A stretch of DNA of 64,000 nucleotides from a virus. Its lineage: Duplodnaviria; Caudoviricetes. Position numbers and translations under genes: made by a program. Below, piece by piece: positions 39,066-49,411 of the stretch. Positions within the stretch are counted from its first letter, which is position 1, and each line of letters begins with the position of its first letter. The notes below the pieces were generated by a model, which had not been told where the DNA came from, made no database searches, and was given only the letters and a program-made list of their open reading frames with translations. The stretch is from IMG/VR virus record IMGVR_UViG_3300027971_000001; one strand, written 5' to 3'.

Positions 39066-40034
39066 TCAACACATTTTCAATCGGGCTTTTGGTCCATTGA
39101 ATGTATTTTTTAATATAAAGTCTGTTTCAATACCGTTGATTTTCTTATCCAGACACATTTCGTTAAGATCCTTATAATCTAAATCTTTCGGCCAAACAAA
39201 AACTTTTTGATTTATTTCAATTAATTGTTTCATTTTCTTGCGAGCAGTTTCATCTTTGTTTTGATTGTCCAAAACCCATATTTTGGTATGCAAAGGAAAG
39301 TTGTTCAATTGTGATTCTTGTTTATCTGTAAGACTGCTTCGGGATTTATTAATGCCAGATACTGCTACTCCATTTCGGCAAAAGCATGAATCGATTGGTC
39401 CTTCAAATATGAAAATGTATGGATAGTCGGTTATTTTATCTGCATTAAAAAGACTTCTATCCCCACCGGATTTTGAAAGATAATTGGGCAATTCAGATTC
39501 ATCGGAAGGAAGTTTACGACTTTGATAGTAAACAATCTTTCCGTCTAAATCGTAAAAAGGAATAATCAACCGATTTTTATGGATATAATCTACTGAAGAA
39601 AACCAAAAACTTTTAGGTCTGTTTACTGCTGAATGCAATCGACGGCTGCAAACATAACTCACACACTCTTTAAAATACCGATTTTTCATGTTCTTAAAAA
39701 CCTGAGTTGTATCGAAAATATTAATAGAGTCTTTTGGTAAGATTTCTGGTTCAATCACCTTTTCCTCTTCTTGCTGTTTGATTCGATCATTTATGAAGTT
39801 TTTTTCATTCATTGGCTTGCCTGTCAGATCATAATATAATTTGTATAATTTTGCGCTATATCCGCAATTGAAACAATAACAGCTATTTGTTTTTGTATAA
39901 AAATAAAACCGTTTGCGTTTAAGCCAAGAATCACCTTCCCGGCATATGGGACAGCATGCCGTATAAGTTTGATTGTATTTGCTGTAACTTAATTTTGATA
40001 AATGACCACTAAGAAAACTATGCACATCAATCAT
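39066..40034 (-). CDS. gp61: DNA primase (T4 gp61-like)
   Basis: Zinc finger CPICREGDS...CYCFNCG, RLIIPFYD...YYQSR, TOPRIM FIFEGPIDS and WVLDN, KDLNEM. Confidence 0.92.
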   Translation of the reverse strand: MIDVHSFLSGHLSKLSYSKYNQTYTACCPICREGDSWLKRKRFYFYTKTNSCYCFNCGYSAKLYKLYYDLTGKPMNEKNFINDRIKQQEEEKVIEPEILPKDSINIFDTTQVFKNMKNRYFKECVSYVCSRRLHSAVNRPKSFWFSSVDYIHKNRLIIPFYDLDGKIVYYQSRKLPSDESELPNYLSKSGGDRSLFNADKITDYPYIFIFEGPIDSCFCRNGVAVSGINKSRSSLTDKQESQLNNFPLHTKIWVLDNQNKDETARKKMKQLIEINQKVFVWPKDLDYKDLNEMCLDKKINGIETDFILKNTFNGPKARLKMC

Positions 40035-40092
40035 TCGTTGTATTTTAACATTATTATTGAAATATCAAATCTTATGTTTAAATAAACGCATT

Positions 40093-41607
40093 ATGGATCG
40101 GGACAAGTATTTTGACATGGGAATGCAGTTCATGGGACATGGAGTTTTTGATAAAGCCATAAAATATTTTGAAAAATGTTATGATTTATATGAAACAAAA
40201 GAACATAAAGCTCTTTGTTTGAATGCTCTTGGCAACGCTTTAGAAAAAGATGAACAAACCAAAAAAGCAGAGGAAACATATAAAAAAGCTATTGAAATGG
40301 ATCCCGATCAAAAATTATTTTATAATAATCTTTTCAATCTGCACAAATTTCAACGCAAAAACAAAGAAGCAATAGAGATCTTTACCAAACATTTGTACAA
40401 TCCACAGGACCCAAATCAAAAAATCATGTTGGCAGAGCTTTACACCAATGTGGCAAAGTATGAAGAAGCATATGATGCTTATCTGAACCTTATCAAACAA
40501 TTCCCCCAAGAAGTTTCTTTTTATTGGAAAATTGCACTCAGTTGCAACAGCATGGGAAGGAATGATGAAGCTGTTATGTGGGTGAATAGGGGAAAACAAA
40601 TAGATCCGGAAAATCATCATTGTAACATCGCTTTGGGTATTGCTCAATTGTTCAATAAACAAATAATCCCCGCTAAAAAGACGTTTGAGAATTTGAAAGT
40701 GGATCTTTATAGCAAAAAATGGTATCTGGCATATCTAACATTTCTTAAAAAAGATTATACAGAAGCATGGAAAAATTATGAAGTAAGAAATGAAGGAGTA
40801 TGGGCAGTAAAACCTTTAAGGGAAAAGCCTATGTGGGACGGTACTCCCATGCCAGACAAAACCATATTGGTGGCAGCTGAACAAGGGTTAGGAGACAATG
40901 TAATGGCAGCTCGATGGTTACAATTGCTTAAAAAACATTTTAAACACGTGAAATATTGGTGTAATCCCCGAATTTATGATGTAATGCTTCACTTGAAAGA
41001 AAAAACAGAAATTATTCAAAGTGCCAGTGATGCCACAAATTTTGATGTATGGATGCCCATCATGAGCATTCCTCAACGGCTAGGTCTTACCAATGATGAT
41101 ATGCTTTTAGATGATCCGTATTTGATTGTGGAACCTAAAAAACTGGAAGGGTCCAAGAAAAAAATTGGAATATGTTGGGCAGGAAGTAATAACCATCAAT
41201 ATAACCGATATCGCACAATATTTGAAAAAGACTATGATTTGCTTCGCAATCTTATTAAAAAGAATGATAAGTTTGAATGGTATTCATTGATTAAGGATGA
41301 ATATGAAGATGACAACGAAAAGTTGGGTATAACCAATCCTGTTAAAGATTTTAAAAATGTTTATGAAACAGCCCAATTTATAAAGGGATTGGATCTGGTC
41401 ATAAGCATAGATACCTTACAGGCACATTTAGCTGGTGCAATGAAAGTACCCACTGTTCTTATGCTTCCTTGGTTTCCTGAATGGCGTTGGGGTTTAGAAG
41501 GCGATACCACAGTTTGGTATCCTAGTGTGGAAATTATACGTCAAAATAAAGCTTTTGATTGGAAAAGCGTGATTGATCGTGTGGATGAAAGGTTGCAAAA
41601 ACTATGA
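40093..41607 (+). CDS. TPR-repeat protein fused to a GT-B (GT9-like) glycosyltransferase domain
   Basis: N-terminal TPRs (NALGNAL, YTNVAKYEEA); EQGLGDNVM, KIGICWAGS, DLVISIDTLQAHLAGAMKVPT and WRWG...WYPS, typical of TPR-GT9 proteins. Confidence 0.85.
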   Translation: MDRDKYFDMGMQFMGHGVFDKAIKYFEKCYDLYETKEHKALCLNALGNALEKDEQTKKAEETYKKAIEMDPDQKLFYNNLFNLHKFQRKNKEAIEIFTKHLYNPQDPNQKIMLAELYTNVAKYEEAYDAYLNLIKQFPQEVSFYWKIALSCNSMGRNDEAVMWVNRGKQIDPENHHCNIALGIAQLFNKQIIPAKKTFENLKVDLYSKKWYLAYLTFLKKDYTEAWKNYEVRNEGVWAVKPLREKPMWDGTPMPDKTILVAAEQGLGDNVMAARWLQLLKKHFKHVKYWCNPRIYDVMLHLKEKTEIIQSASDATNFDVWMPIMSIPQRLGLTNDDMLLDDPYLIVEPKKLEGSKKKIGICWAGSNNHQYNRYRTIFEKDYDLLRNLIKKNDKFEWYSLIKDEYEDDNEKLGITNPVKDFKNVYETAQFIKGLDLVISIDTLQAHLAGAMKVPTVLMLPWFPEWRWGLEGDTTVWYPSVEIIRQNKAFDWKSVIDRVDERLQKL

Positions 41608-42281
41608 AAACTGGTGCTGTGGTAGTTGAATATAAAAATCCTGAACAAACAAAAAAATGTAAGGATCATCTGAAAGATGTTGAAGTTTATTATCACGATA
41701 ATACTAAACATAATTTGGGATTCACAAAAGCATACAATATGGGAGTTTCGTATCTTCGAAACAAATATGAATATGTTTTATTGGTTAATAGTGATTGTTA
41801 TATTCATCCGGGGTTTTTCCGCAATATTGAAATTTTCATGGATACTCATCCAAAGTGTGGAATCGTAGGGGTTAAACAAATTGCTTCAGATGGTGAAATG
41901 ATAATCCATGGAGGTTGTACTCAAGCTTATCCATACGGCCAACATATAAGCGGAAAAGTGTCTTTGGGCATGTGCAATGAAAGCATGATGGTTCCATGGG
42001 TAAATGGTGCATGTTTTGTGGTCCGCAGCAAAATGATTGATGAAATAGGTCTGATGGATGAAAACATGTTTCTCATAGGTTCTGATAGTGATTGGTGTTT
42101 CACAGCAAGATCAAGAGGTTGGGAAGTGTGGTATTGTGCTGAAGCAAGCTGCACTCATGATGGCGGTGCCAGCATGAAACCAGGAAATGAAGAAACACAA
42201 GATATTATGTTTTTGGATATGAAATATTGGGAAACTAAATGGGTTACCGGAGGATTGTATAAAAATTTATGCGCATCCTGA
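41604..42281 (+). CDS. Glycosyltransferase family 2
   Basis: NLGFTKAYNMG...YVLLVNSDC...WVNGACFVVR...IGLMDENMFL..SDSDWC. Confidence 0.88.
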   Translation: MKTGAVVVEYKNPEQTKKCKDHLKDVEVYYHDNTKHNLGFTKAYNMGVSYLRNKYEYVLLVNSDCYIHPGFFRNIEIFMDTHPKCGIVGVKQIASDGEMIIHGGCTQAYPYGQHISGKVSLGMCNESMMVPWVNGACFVVRSKMIDEIGLMDENMFLIGSDSDWCFTARSRGWEVWYCAEASCTHDGGASMKPGNEETQDIMFLDMKYWETKWVTGGLYKNLCAS

Positions 42282-43669
42282 TGTTTAATCACCATCAAGA
42301 TTGTCTTCTGTATCTATGGAAGGCATTCCGTGAGCTTGGTATTCAAGTTGATGTGGCCAGTGAAGAATTGGTCAAATATCTTGGATTTCCTCCAGGAGGT
42401 ATAAGAAAAAACAAATTTGTTATTGCGAATATATCATTCGATCCGGAAATTGTTTATCCTGATTTTAAAAATATAAATTTTAGCAATGATTGGAATGGAT
42501 ATGACAAATATGTATCCATCATTCCTAACGATCTTTTTGCTGAAAAGACATGGTGGGATTGTCAAATGCAAAATGAATTGAAAGCATTTGGTCATTTGGA
42601 TGTTCTGAAAACATGTAATCATCCAAATGCTGAAACTTTCGGATTTCAATTTTGCCCTAATTGGGTGCCACATCAGACTGAACATAAAGAAAAGAAATAT
42701 ATAACACAAATAGTGTCACTTCCTGCTCTTGTTGAAGAAACGGGTGAACTCATGTATTTGAAGCATCACGGTTATGATGTAAAAATAGTGGGATCTCAGT
42801 TAGCTCCAGATGGTTTTTACAGGGATATTGATTTGCTTCCTTATACATCTCTTCTTGTTCACAATAAAAAGGTAGGAATCAATTGTTATGCTGTATGCAA
42901 AGCATTGGATACTGGCATTCCTGTATATATGGAACGAAGCACCAAGGAACTTATAGGATTTGGTGATCTTCCAGATGAACTTTTCTTTTTCAAAGATGAA
43001 ATGAGCATAGCTGAAGCTTTTGAAAAAAGTAAAGATATTGATAATAAAAAAATCCAGGAAACTTATCGAAGCATCTATACATTGGAAAGAACAGTGAACG
43101 CAGTTAAAAATATTTTACAAACAAATTTAAAAATGCCGGAAACCATAAATGAATATCATTTAAAAAATTGCAAAACTCCGAGTGATATAAATGAACATCT
43201 GCAAATATTAGAAACTTATGCAAAAAAGTGTGATACCATTTGTGAAATGGGTGTTAGAAAAGGCATTTCAACATGGTCATTTTTGAATGCTCGGCCCAAA
43301 AAATTGGTTTCATATGATATTGAATATTCTCAGGATCTTGAAAAACATAAACAATATGCAAAAAATGAAGGTTTGAATTATGAATATATCATTCAAGATG
43401 TTCTTAAAACACAGATTGATGAATACGATTTTCTATTCATAGACACATGGCATACATATTCTCAACTTAAACAGGAACTGGAATTGCATGCAAATAAAGC
43501 CAAAAAATATCTGGGATTTCATGATGTATTCTCATTTGGTCAAAGGGGAGAAGATAATCAAGATTTAGGACTAATTCCTGCTATTATGGAATTTTTAAAA
43601 GACAACTCTCAATGGAAAATAAGTTATTATACACCTAAAAATAATGGCTTGCTTATATTAGAAAAATGA
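42269..43669 (+). CDS. Putative glycosyltransferase-like N-terminal domain fused to a class I SAM methyltransferase (Methyltransf_24-like)
   Basis: GT-B-like start MRILMFNHH and YAVCKALDTGIPV; C-terminal DINEHL...CEMGVRKGISTWSF...FLFIDTWHTY...GFHDV. Confidence 0.7.
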   Translation: MRILMFNHHQDCLLYLWKAFRELGIQVDVASEELVKYLGFPPGGIRKNKFVIANISFDPEIVYPDFKNINFSNDWNGYDKYVSIIPNDLFAEKTWWDCQMQNELKAFGHLDVLKTCNHPNAETFGFQFCPNWVPHQTEHKEKKYITQIVSLPALVEETGELMYLKHHGYDVKIVGSQLAPDGFYRDIDLLPYTSLLVHNKKVGINCYAVCKALDTGIPVYMERSTKELIGFGDLPDELFFFKDEMSIAEAFEKSKDIDNKKIQETYRSIYTLERTVNAVKNILQTNLKMPETINEYHLKNCKTPSDINEHLQILETYAKKCDTICEMGVRKGISTWSFLNARPKKLVSYDIEYSQDLEKHKQYAKNEGLNYEYIIQDVLKTQIDEYDFLFIDTWHTYSQLKQELELHANKAKKYLGFHDVFSFGQRGEDNQDLGLIPAIMEFLKDNSQWKISYYTPKNNGLLILEK

Positions 43670-45135
43670 AAATTTACGATTTATTCACTTTTAATAATGA
43701 ACTAGACCTGCTGGAAATCAGGTTAAATGAACTGAACGATGTTGTTGAGAGATTTGTTATTTGTGAAAGCACAGTCACTCATAGCAATCAACCCAAACCT
43801 CTTTATTTTTCAAATAACCGGGAAAGATTCAGAAAATTTTTACACAAAATAGATTTGGTTATTTTTGATAATGTAAAAAAGACTGATAGCTGGAGCATTG
43901 AAAATGATCATCGTAGGGCTTTGAGTGAGAAAATACCGTTTAATTTGAATGATGAGGATATTCTTTTGCTTTCTGATTTAGATGAAATACCCAGCAAAAA
44001 CATACTAGAACAATTAAAAACAAGGAATGAAAGTCAATTTCCTGTGACTCTTTGTTATAGCATGTATAGCGGGTCTTTTCATAATCGTGTCATTAGTCCG
44101 GAAAATCAGCTGCATAACGACAGCACAGTTGCAATAAAATACAGTCAATACAAAACAAACAACGATCTGCAACATTACAGAAACATTCGATCACAAAGTC
44201 TTCCGCGCATATATGATGCAGGCTGGCATTTTACCAGTATGGGTGGACCCAAAAATGTTTTGAAAAAAATACAAAGTTTTGCTCATAATGAATATCGTGA
44301 TTCTGGAATAGTTTTCACAGATGATGAAATCCAAGAAAACATAAAACAAGGCAAAGATATATTTGGACGGATGGGATACGTTATAGAAAAAGTTGAATTA
44401 AATGACACTTTTCCCAAATATGTATTGGAAAACAAGGATAAATTCAAAAACCTTATTGAAGGAAATGATGTCAAGGTTTCGTTGGAAACCAAACATTCAT
44501 ATTATCTTTTACAACACATGTTATATAGCATAAAAAATGCCGATTATCAAAGTTCCAAAATAGATGGTCAATATATTGATCTTAAAGTCGAAGGTATGAC
44601 CTGTTCTGCAACAAAACATCTGGCTAATAATCTTGCAAGTTTATATAAATGCAATTATCTGGAGGTTGGTGTTTATAAAGGTGCAACGTTTATTGCGGGA
44701 TTATGGAAGAATACTCCAAATCTTTATGTGGGCGTGGACAATTGGAGTGAATATGGTGGTCAGGATGAGTTTCTGCAAAAATTAAAAAATGCAAACAAAC
44801 CTAAGCCATCAGGAAGTCGTCGTATTGTTTTTGATCAAGACAGTTTTTCAGAAGGAATATTGGACCATTTAAATGAAAAATTTGATGTGTATTTTTATGA
44901 TGGTTGCCATTCAAGAGAAGCGCAAAAACTTGCTCTTACACATTATAAGAAATACATGAAAGAATATTTTATATATTATTGTGATGATTACTCTAACAGC
45001 ATGGACGTGGTGTTTGGTACCATGGAAGGAATAGCTGAATCAGGTTTTGAGATAATTTATGACAAAATTTTATTGCCACGAAGCAAAGATGCTTGGCGGA
45101 ATGGAATTTATGTTGCTTTGCTTAAGAACAATTAA
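43666..45135 (+). CDS. GT17-like (beta-1,4-GlcNAc transferase) domain fused to a class I SAM methyltransferase
   Basis: KIYDLFTFNNELDLLEIRL...FVICES..THS..PKPLYF, SDLDEIP and GWHFT are GT17 motifs; C-terminal YLEVGVYKGAT...FDVYFYDGCHS. Confidence 0.82.
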   Translation: MKIYDLFTFNNELDLLEIRLNELNDVVERFVICESTVTHSNQPKPLYFSNNRERFRKFLHKIDLVIFDNVKKTDSWSIENDHRRALSEKIPFNLNDEDILLLSDLDEIPSKNILEQLKTRNESQFPVTLCYSMYSGSFHNRVISPENQLHNDSTVAIKYSQYKTNNDLQHYRNIRSQSLPRIYDAGWHFTSMGGPKNVLKKIQSFAHNEYRDSGIVFTDDEIQENIKQGKDIFGRMGYVIEKVELNDTFPKYVLENKDKFKNLIEGNDVKVSLETKHSYYLLQHMLYSIKNADYQSSKIDGQYIDLKVEGMTCSATKHLANNLASLYKCNYLEVGVYKGATFIAGLWKNTPNLYVGVDNWSEYGGQDEFLQKLKNANKPKPSGSRRIVFDQDSFSEGILDHLNEKFDVYFYDGCHSREAQKLALTHYKKYMKEYFIYYCDDYSNSMDVVFGTMEGIAESGFEIIYDKILLPRSKDAWRNGIYVALLKNN

Positions 45136-45506
45136 GATGGCTTTACCGGCCAAACGATAAGACGAGGATCACTGGCATATGTCTGGGGAATGTCGCGTAA
45201 TGTTTGACGATATGAAACCCATTGAGTGTTGTCTGGAAGGGAAACATCACGCAACTGGGACCAATCGCTATCCACAAGAAGACCATTCCGTTTGATAATT
45301 ACATCATTCCAATAAGCAGCAAGACGATCTGGAACTTGGGTAAGCTGAAGAACTTGAGCTTTACCTTCTGCAACCTGCTGATTGACATATTGTTCCCATG
45401 TTTGATTACCTCCACCAAAAGGATTATAAGGTTGATCTTTAGCCATACGGCATATCACCACATCACCTGTTTCATAATAACTGCCGTAATCAATATAGGT
45501 TGTCAT
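45132..45506 (-). CDS. Tail fibre assembly chaperone
   Basis: RNGLLVDSDWSQLRD...WVSYRQTLRDIPQ...WPVKP. Confidence 0.85.
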   Translation of the reverse strand: MTTYIDYGSYYETGDVVICRMAKDQPYNPFGGGNQTWEQYVNQQVAEGKAQVLQLTQVPDRLAAYWNDVIIKRNGLLVDSDWSQLRDVSLPDNTQWVSYRQTLRDIPQTYASDPRLIVWPVKPS

Positions 45507-45522
45507 ATAATATATTTATTCT

Positions 45523-46800
45523 TTATGCGTTGTTCAAAAGAGGACTAGTGCAAAGATTTATGTTAAAATTATTGTTAAATCCGGGGTTCATGACCAAACC
45601 ACTTCCTGCGTTAAGGGGTATAAAATATACTTTTCCATTAGGATGATTTATATAAAATCCATATGGTGAAGAACCCCCCACACTAGGAACCCTTAACGTT
45701 GTTATTGATAAATCATCTGGATCGATCCAAGCAATCAATGTTTGAGAACCAGATGATGTGAAAATTTTTCCATTAGCTAATTTTGTTGGATGTTGGCAAC
45801 CATTCAATCCTCCAGTTGAATAAGTGCTTATTGCATAATTATTATCGGGATCAACGACACCTAATACATTTCCAATAACTGGAACAAATATTATTTTACC
45901 ATTTTGTGCTTGTTCATATAAGGATGAACCAGCAAGTATTGACGTGTCGCTTATTCCATAACTGCTGACACTATCATCAGAAGGATCAACAACCCGCATC
46001 AAAGTTATTCCGTATCCTGGAATAGGAGAGCTAAATACTCTTCCATTTCGTAATGTAATTGCTCGAGCATATCCTCCTGTTGATGGCAATGAAATGCTAC
46101 TGATTGTGTCATTCGCGGGATTTATAACAAATATAAAATTATTAATATTTGTAGGGAAACAATATATTTTTCCGCTTGAACCTAATGCACCTCCTGCACA
46201 TTTGTCGGATCCTACAGGTCCTATTATGCTTGAGACTGTATTATTACTTGGATCCAATATTGCTACAGCTGTATTACCATCAGGAATACAATATATTTTA
46301 CCGTTAGGTGCCAACACACTTCCTTGATATTTCCCATTAGCATTTGCTTGAATAGGTCCAAACGTACCTATGGTATTATCTGAAGGATTTATAACATAAC
46401 CAACTGTAGCCGTATAAGGTGCAAGATATATTTTTCCATTCGGTGCAATTGTTCCACCAGTAAATGCACTCGTTCCTGGGAAACTTCCAGAACCATAAAT
46501 TTCAAATGTTGCGGCACTAATAGAAATATTTTTATTGCTTAATTGCAAACCTTTAATGTGTGAACTTATGCTTGAAAAATTGGTATATGATGCACCATTT
46601 GTCCAACCCGGAACTTGCATGTGTAAAAACTGATTAATCTGTTCAGCATTTCCTGTTCCGCTGCTGGTACGACCCAGAAACTGACTGTCCTGTAATTGCT
46701 GAATCTTATCGGTTGTGACGCTATTATTCGCCAATTTGACGGTGGGTACACCTAAATTGCGTCTCATCTTGGCAGCGGAAAGTGCGGGGGTTATTGGCAT
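45523..46800 (-). CDS. Putative receptor-binding protein, GGxLAPNGKIY beta-propeller, paralogue 1
   Basis: About seven 42-44-aa blade repeats, diverging toward the C-terminus; N- and C-terminal motifs shared with the two neighbours. Confidence 0.7.
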   Translation of the reverse strand: MPITPALSAAKMRRNLGVPTVKLANNSVTTDKIQQLQDSQFLGRTSSGTGNAEQINQFLHMQVPGWTNGASYTNFSSISSHIKGLQLSNKNISISAATFEIYGSGSFPGTSAFTGGTIAPNGKIYLAPYTATVGYVINPSDNTIGTFGPIQANANGKYQGSVLAPNGKIYCIPDGNTAVAILDPSNNTVSSIIGPVGSDKCAGGALGSSGKIYCFPTNINNFIFVINPANDTISSISLPSTGGYARAITLRNGRVFSSPIPGYGITLMRVVDPSDDSVSSYGISDTSILAGSSLYEQAQNGKIIFVPVIGNVLGVVDPDNNYAISTYSTGGLNGCQHPTKLANGKIFTSSGSQTLIAWIDPDDLSITTLRVPSVGGSSPYGFYINHPNGKVYFIPLNAGSGLVMNPGFNNNFNINLCTSPLLNNA

Positions 46801-46808
46801 AAAATTAT

Positions 46809-48107
46809 TTAACTTCTGTTATAGAAAGGACTAAGACAAAAATTTATATTAAAATTATTATTTACTTGAGGAATCAATGCCAATGCTTGTGATGCATTAT
46901 GAGGAATCAGATATATTTTTCCATTCGGAGCCTGTATACCTCCTATATAATCTGCATTTGTAGGTGTGGATCCTCCAGCAAATGATCCAAAAGTTAAAAT
47001 TGTATTATTTGACGGATCAATTACAGAAGCTAATGTTGCGTAATAAGGTACACAGAGTATTTTGCCATTAGACATTAAAGTTCCACCACCAAACTTAAGA
47101 GTACCGCCACTCGCTGAAAAATTTCCAAATGTTGTTATTGTGTTATTATTCGGATCTATTAAAGTGCATATTGTGGTAGCTGAAGGAATAGTATATATTT
47201 TTCCGTTAGGTGCCAATACAGCTGCTCCATAACTGTCTGCTAAGTTTATAAAAGTTCCAAAACTAGAAACTGTATTATTACTTGGATCAATAATATATAC
47301 AACAGTTAAATTTCTAGGAATGCAATAAATTTTTCCATTAGGAGCCAAAACACCTGTTGCAAATTTATTTCCGGTAGCTGGTGCATTTCCAAATGTTGTT
47401 ACACTATTGTTTGATGGATCAATATAAGCAAACACGGTTGCATCATAAGGAATCATATATATTTTTCCGTTGGGTGCAACGACACCTGTAGCATAATTAT
47501 CTGATGCTGGCGCAGGAGGCAAAGTTCCAAAATTTGTTACAGTATTATTTGATGGATCTATTACAACTGCAATACTATTTCTTCCAGGAGTAAAATATAT
47601 TTTTCCGTTAGGAGCACATACACCACCACTATATTTATTTCCTCCTACAAATGCAGCAGGGAAAGAACCAAATGTAGTTGTTGTGTTATTATTTGGATTT
47701 ATAATGACACAAACATTTCCATCATAAGGAGCACAATATATATTTCCATTAGGAGCCAATACACCACCATTAAGAGATTGAGTACCAGAAAAACTACCAA
47801 AATATTCAAAATAAACTGCAGTGGCTGGACTTGTATTTGTATTTATAACCTGATTAATATATGCACTCAAACTGCTCCATGCTGTTGTTGCATTATAAGG
47901 TGCGCTCAGAGGACTGGTCAGACTAATATCCGGATAGCTTTGTGTAGGGGTTACGTTTCCATTTCCAGTTTGCAGATTATTCCGGCCTATAAATTCTCCT
48001 TGCCCTATTTGAAAAATTTTGTCGGTGCTAAAAGAATTATCCGCGAGTTTACGGGTTTCTATTCCGTTATCTCGTGCCATTTTTGCCAGATCTGTTGCGT
48101 TGCTCAT
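46809..48107 (-). CDS. Putative receptor-binding protein, GGxLAPNGKIY beta-propeller, paralogue 2
   Basis: Seven blade repeats (GGVLAPNGNIY, GGVCAPNGKIY, GVVAPNGKIY, etc.). Confidence 0.7.
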   Translation of the reverse strand: MSNATDLAKMARDNGIETRKLADNSFSTDKIFQIGQGEFIGRNNLQTGNGNVTPTQSYPDISLTSPLSAPYNATTAWSSLSAYINQVINTNTSPATAVYFEYFGSFSGTQSLNGGVLAPNGNIYCAPYDGNVCVIINPNNNTTTTFGSFPAAFVGGNKYSGGVCAPNGKIYFTPGRNSIAVVIDPSNNTVTNFGTLPPAPASDNYATGVVAPNGKIYMIPYDATVFAYIDPSNNSVTTFGNAPATGNKFATGVLAPNGKIYCIPRNLTVVYIIDPSNNTVSSFGTFINLADSYGAAVLAPNGKIYTIPSATTICTLIDPNNNTITTFGNFSASGGTLKFGGGTLMSNGKILCVPYYATLASVIDPSNNTILTFGSFAGGSTPTNADYIGGIQAPNGKIYLIPHNASQALALIPQVNNNFNINFCLSPFYNRS

Positions 48108-48115
48108 GATTTTAT

Positions 48116-49360
48116 TTAATATTTGTTAAACATTGGATTAGTACAAACATTTATGTTGAAATTATTGTTAAGAAGCAAGCATAATGCCCTACCCACTGTT
48201 GCACTGGATGGAATAAAATATATCTTTCCATTAGGATCCAACACACCTCCAACATAAGCAGCACTTCCTGGAAAACTACCATATGTGGTTACGGTATTAT
48301 TCGATGGATCAACAAATCTACCCACTGTTGCATTGGTTGGAACAAAATATATTTTTCCATTGGGAGCAAGTACGCCTCCTTCATGACCACCTCCTGGAAA
48401 ACTTCCATATGTGGTTACGGTATTATTCGATGGATCAACAATAACACCCACTGTTGCACTGGTTGGAACAAAATATAGTTGTCCGTTAGGAGCCAACACA
48501 CCTCCAACATAAGCAGCACTTCCTGGAAAACTACCATATGTGGTTACGGTATTATTCGATGGATCAACAAATCTACCCACTGTTGCATTGTGTGGAACTA
48601 AATATATTTTTCCATTAGGAGCGAGTACTCCCCCTATATAAGCATCATTTCCTGGAAAACTGCCATATGTGGTTACGGTATTATTCGATGGATCCACAAA
48701 TCTACCCACTGTTGCAGCGCGTGGGAAAAAATATATTTTTCCATTTGGAGCAAGTGCACCTCCTTCATTAGAAAGAACCCCAGGAAAACTACCATATGTG
48801 GTTACAGTATTGTTAGCAGGATCAACAAATCTACCCACTGTTGCAACGCTTGAACAAAAATATATATTTCCATTAGGAGCTAGTACACCTCCAACATAAG
48901 CACCACCTCCTGGAAAACTACCATATGTGGTTACGGTATTGTTATTCGGATCGATAATAGCACCTACTGTTGCAGTGCGTGGAACTAGATATATCTTGCC
49001 GTTTGGAGCTATCACACCTCCTTCATAAACACCACTCCCCGGAAAACTGCCATACTGTTCAACATAACTCGCATTCGCCGGAACCAGACTATTTGTTTCG
49101 GCCACACTGCTCAGATAATATTGCAATGTACTCCAGTTGGTTATGTGTGCTCCTGTGGTCCAATCCGGTACCTGCACATCATACCAAGGTTGTACTTGTT
49201 GTGAGTTGCCAGTGCCTGCTGACATATTACGACCCAAAAATCGGTCACTAGCTACTTGTTGTATCTTGCTGGTTGCAGCTACGTTAGATGATAAAAAATC
49301 ACGGGTCACGCCCAGATCTCGGGCCATTTTTGCACCAGATAATGCAAGAGTAATAGGCAT
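48116..49360 (-). CDS. Putative receptor-binding protein, GGxLAPNGKIY beta-propeller, paralogue 3, with near-identical blades
   Basis: Seven 42-43-aa repeats that are conserved at DNA level. Confidence 0.72.
   Translation of the reverse strand: MPITLALSGAKMARDLGVTRDFLSSNVAATSKIQQVASDRFLGRNMSAGTGNSQQVQPWYDVQVPDWTTGAHITNWSTLQYYLSSVAETNSLVPANASYVEQYGSFPGSGVYEGGVIAPNGKIYLVPRTATVGAIIDPNNNTVTTYGSFPGGGAYVGGVLAPNGNIYFCSSVATVGRFVDPANNTVTTYGSFPGVLSNEGGALAPNGKIYFFPRAATVGRFVDPSNNTVTTYGSFPGNDAYIGGVLAPNGKIYLVPHNATVGRFVDPSNNTVTTYGSFPGSAAYVGGVLAPNGQLYFVPTSATVGVIVDPSNNTVTTYGSFPGGGHEGGVLAPNGKIYFVPTNATVGRFVDPSNNTVTTYGSFPGSAAYVGGVLDPNGKIYFIPSSATVGRALCLLLNNNFNINVCTNPMFNKY
48238..49050. repeat. Intragenic tandem repeat, about 7 units of 129 bp (one of 126 bp)
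   Basis: GGAAAACT anchor at 48270, 48396, 48525, 48654, 48783, 48912 and 49041; a 98-bp exact duplicate at 48238-48335 and 48493-48590. Confidence 0.92.
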
Positions 49361-49411
49361 ATAATTTATTTATTCAAAACCCGCTTCAGAAACACTGAAG
49401 GATTTTTATAA

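Noticed and set aside
48238-49050. CRISPR array or DGR template/variable repeat pair
   Set aside because: Units are in-frame codon multiples (126 or 129 bp) inside an intact ORF with no unique spacers; differences are not adenine-specific and no reverse transcriptase is in the window.
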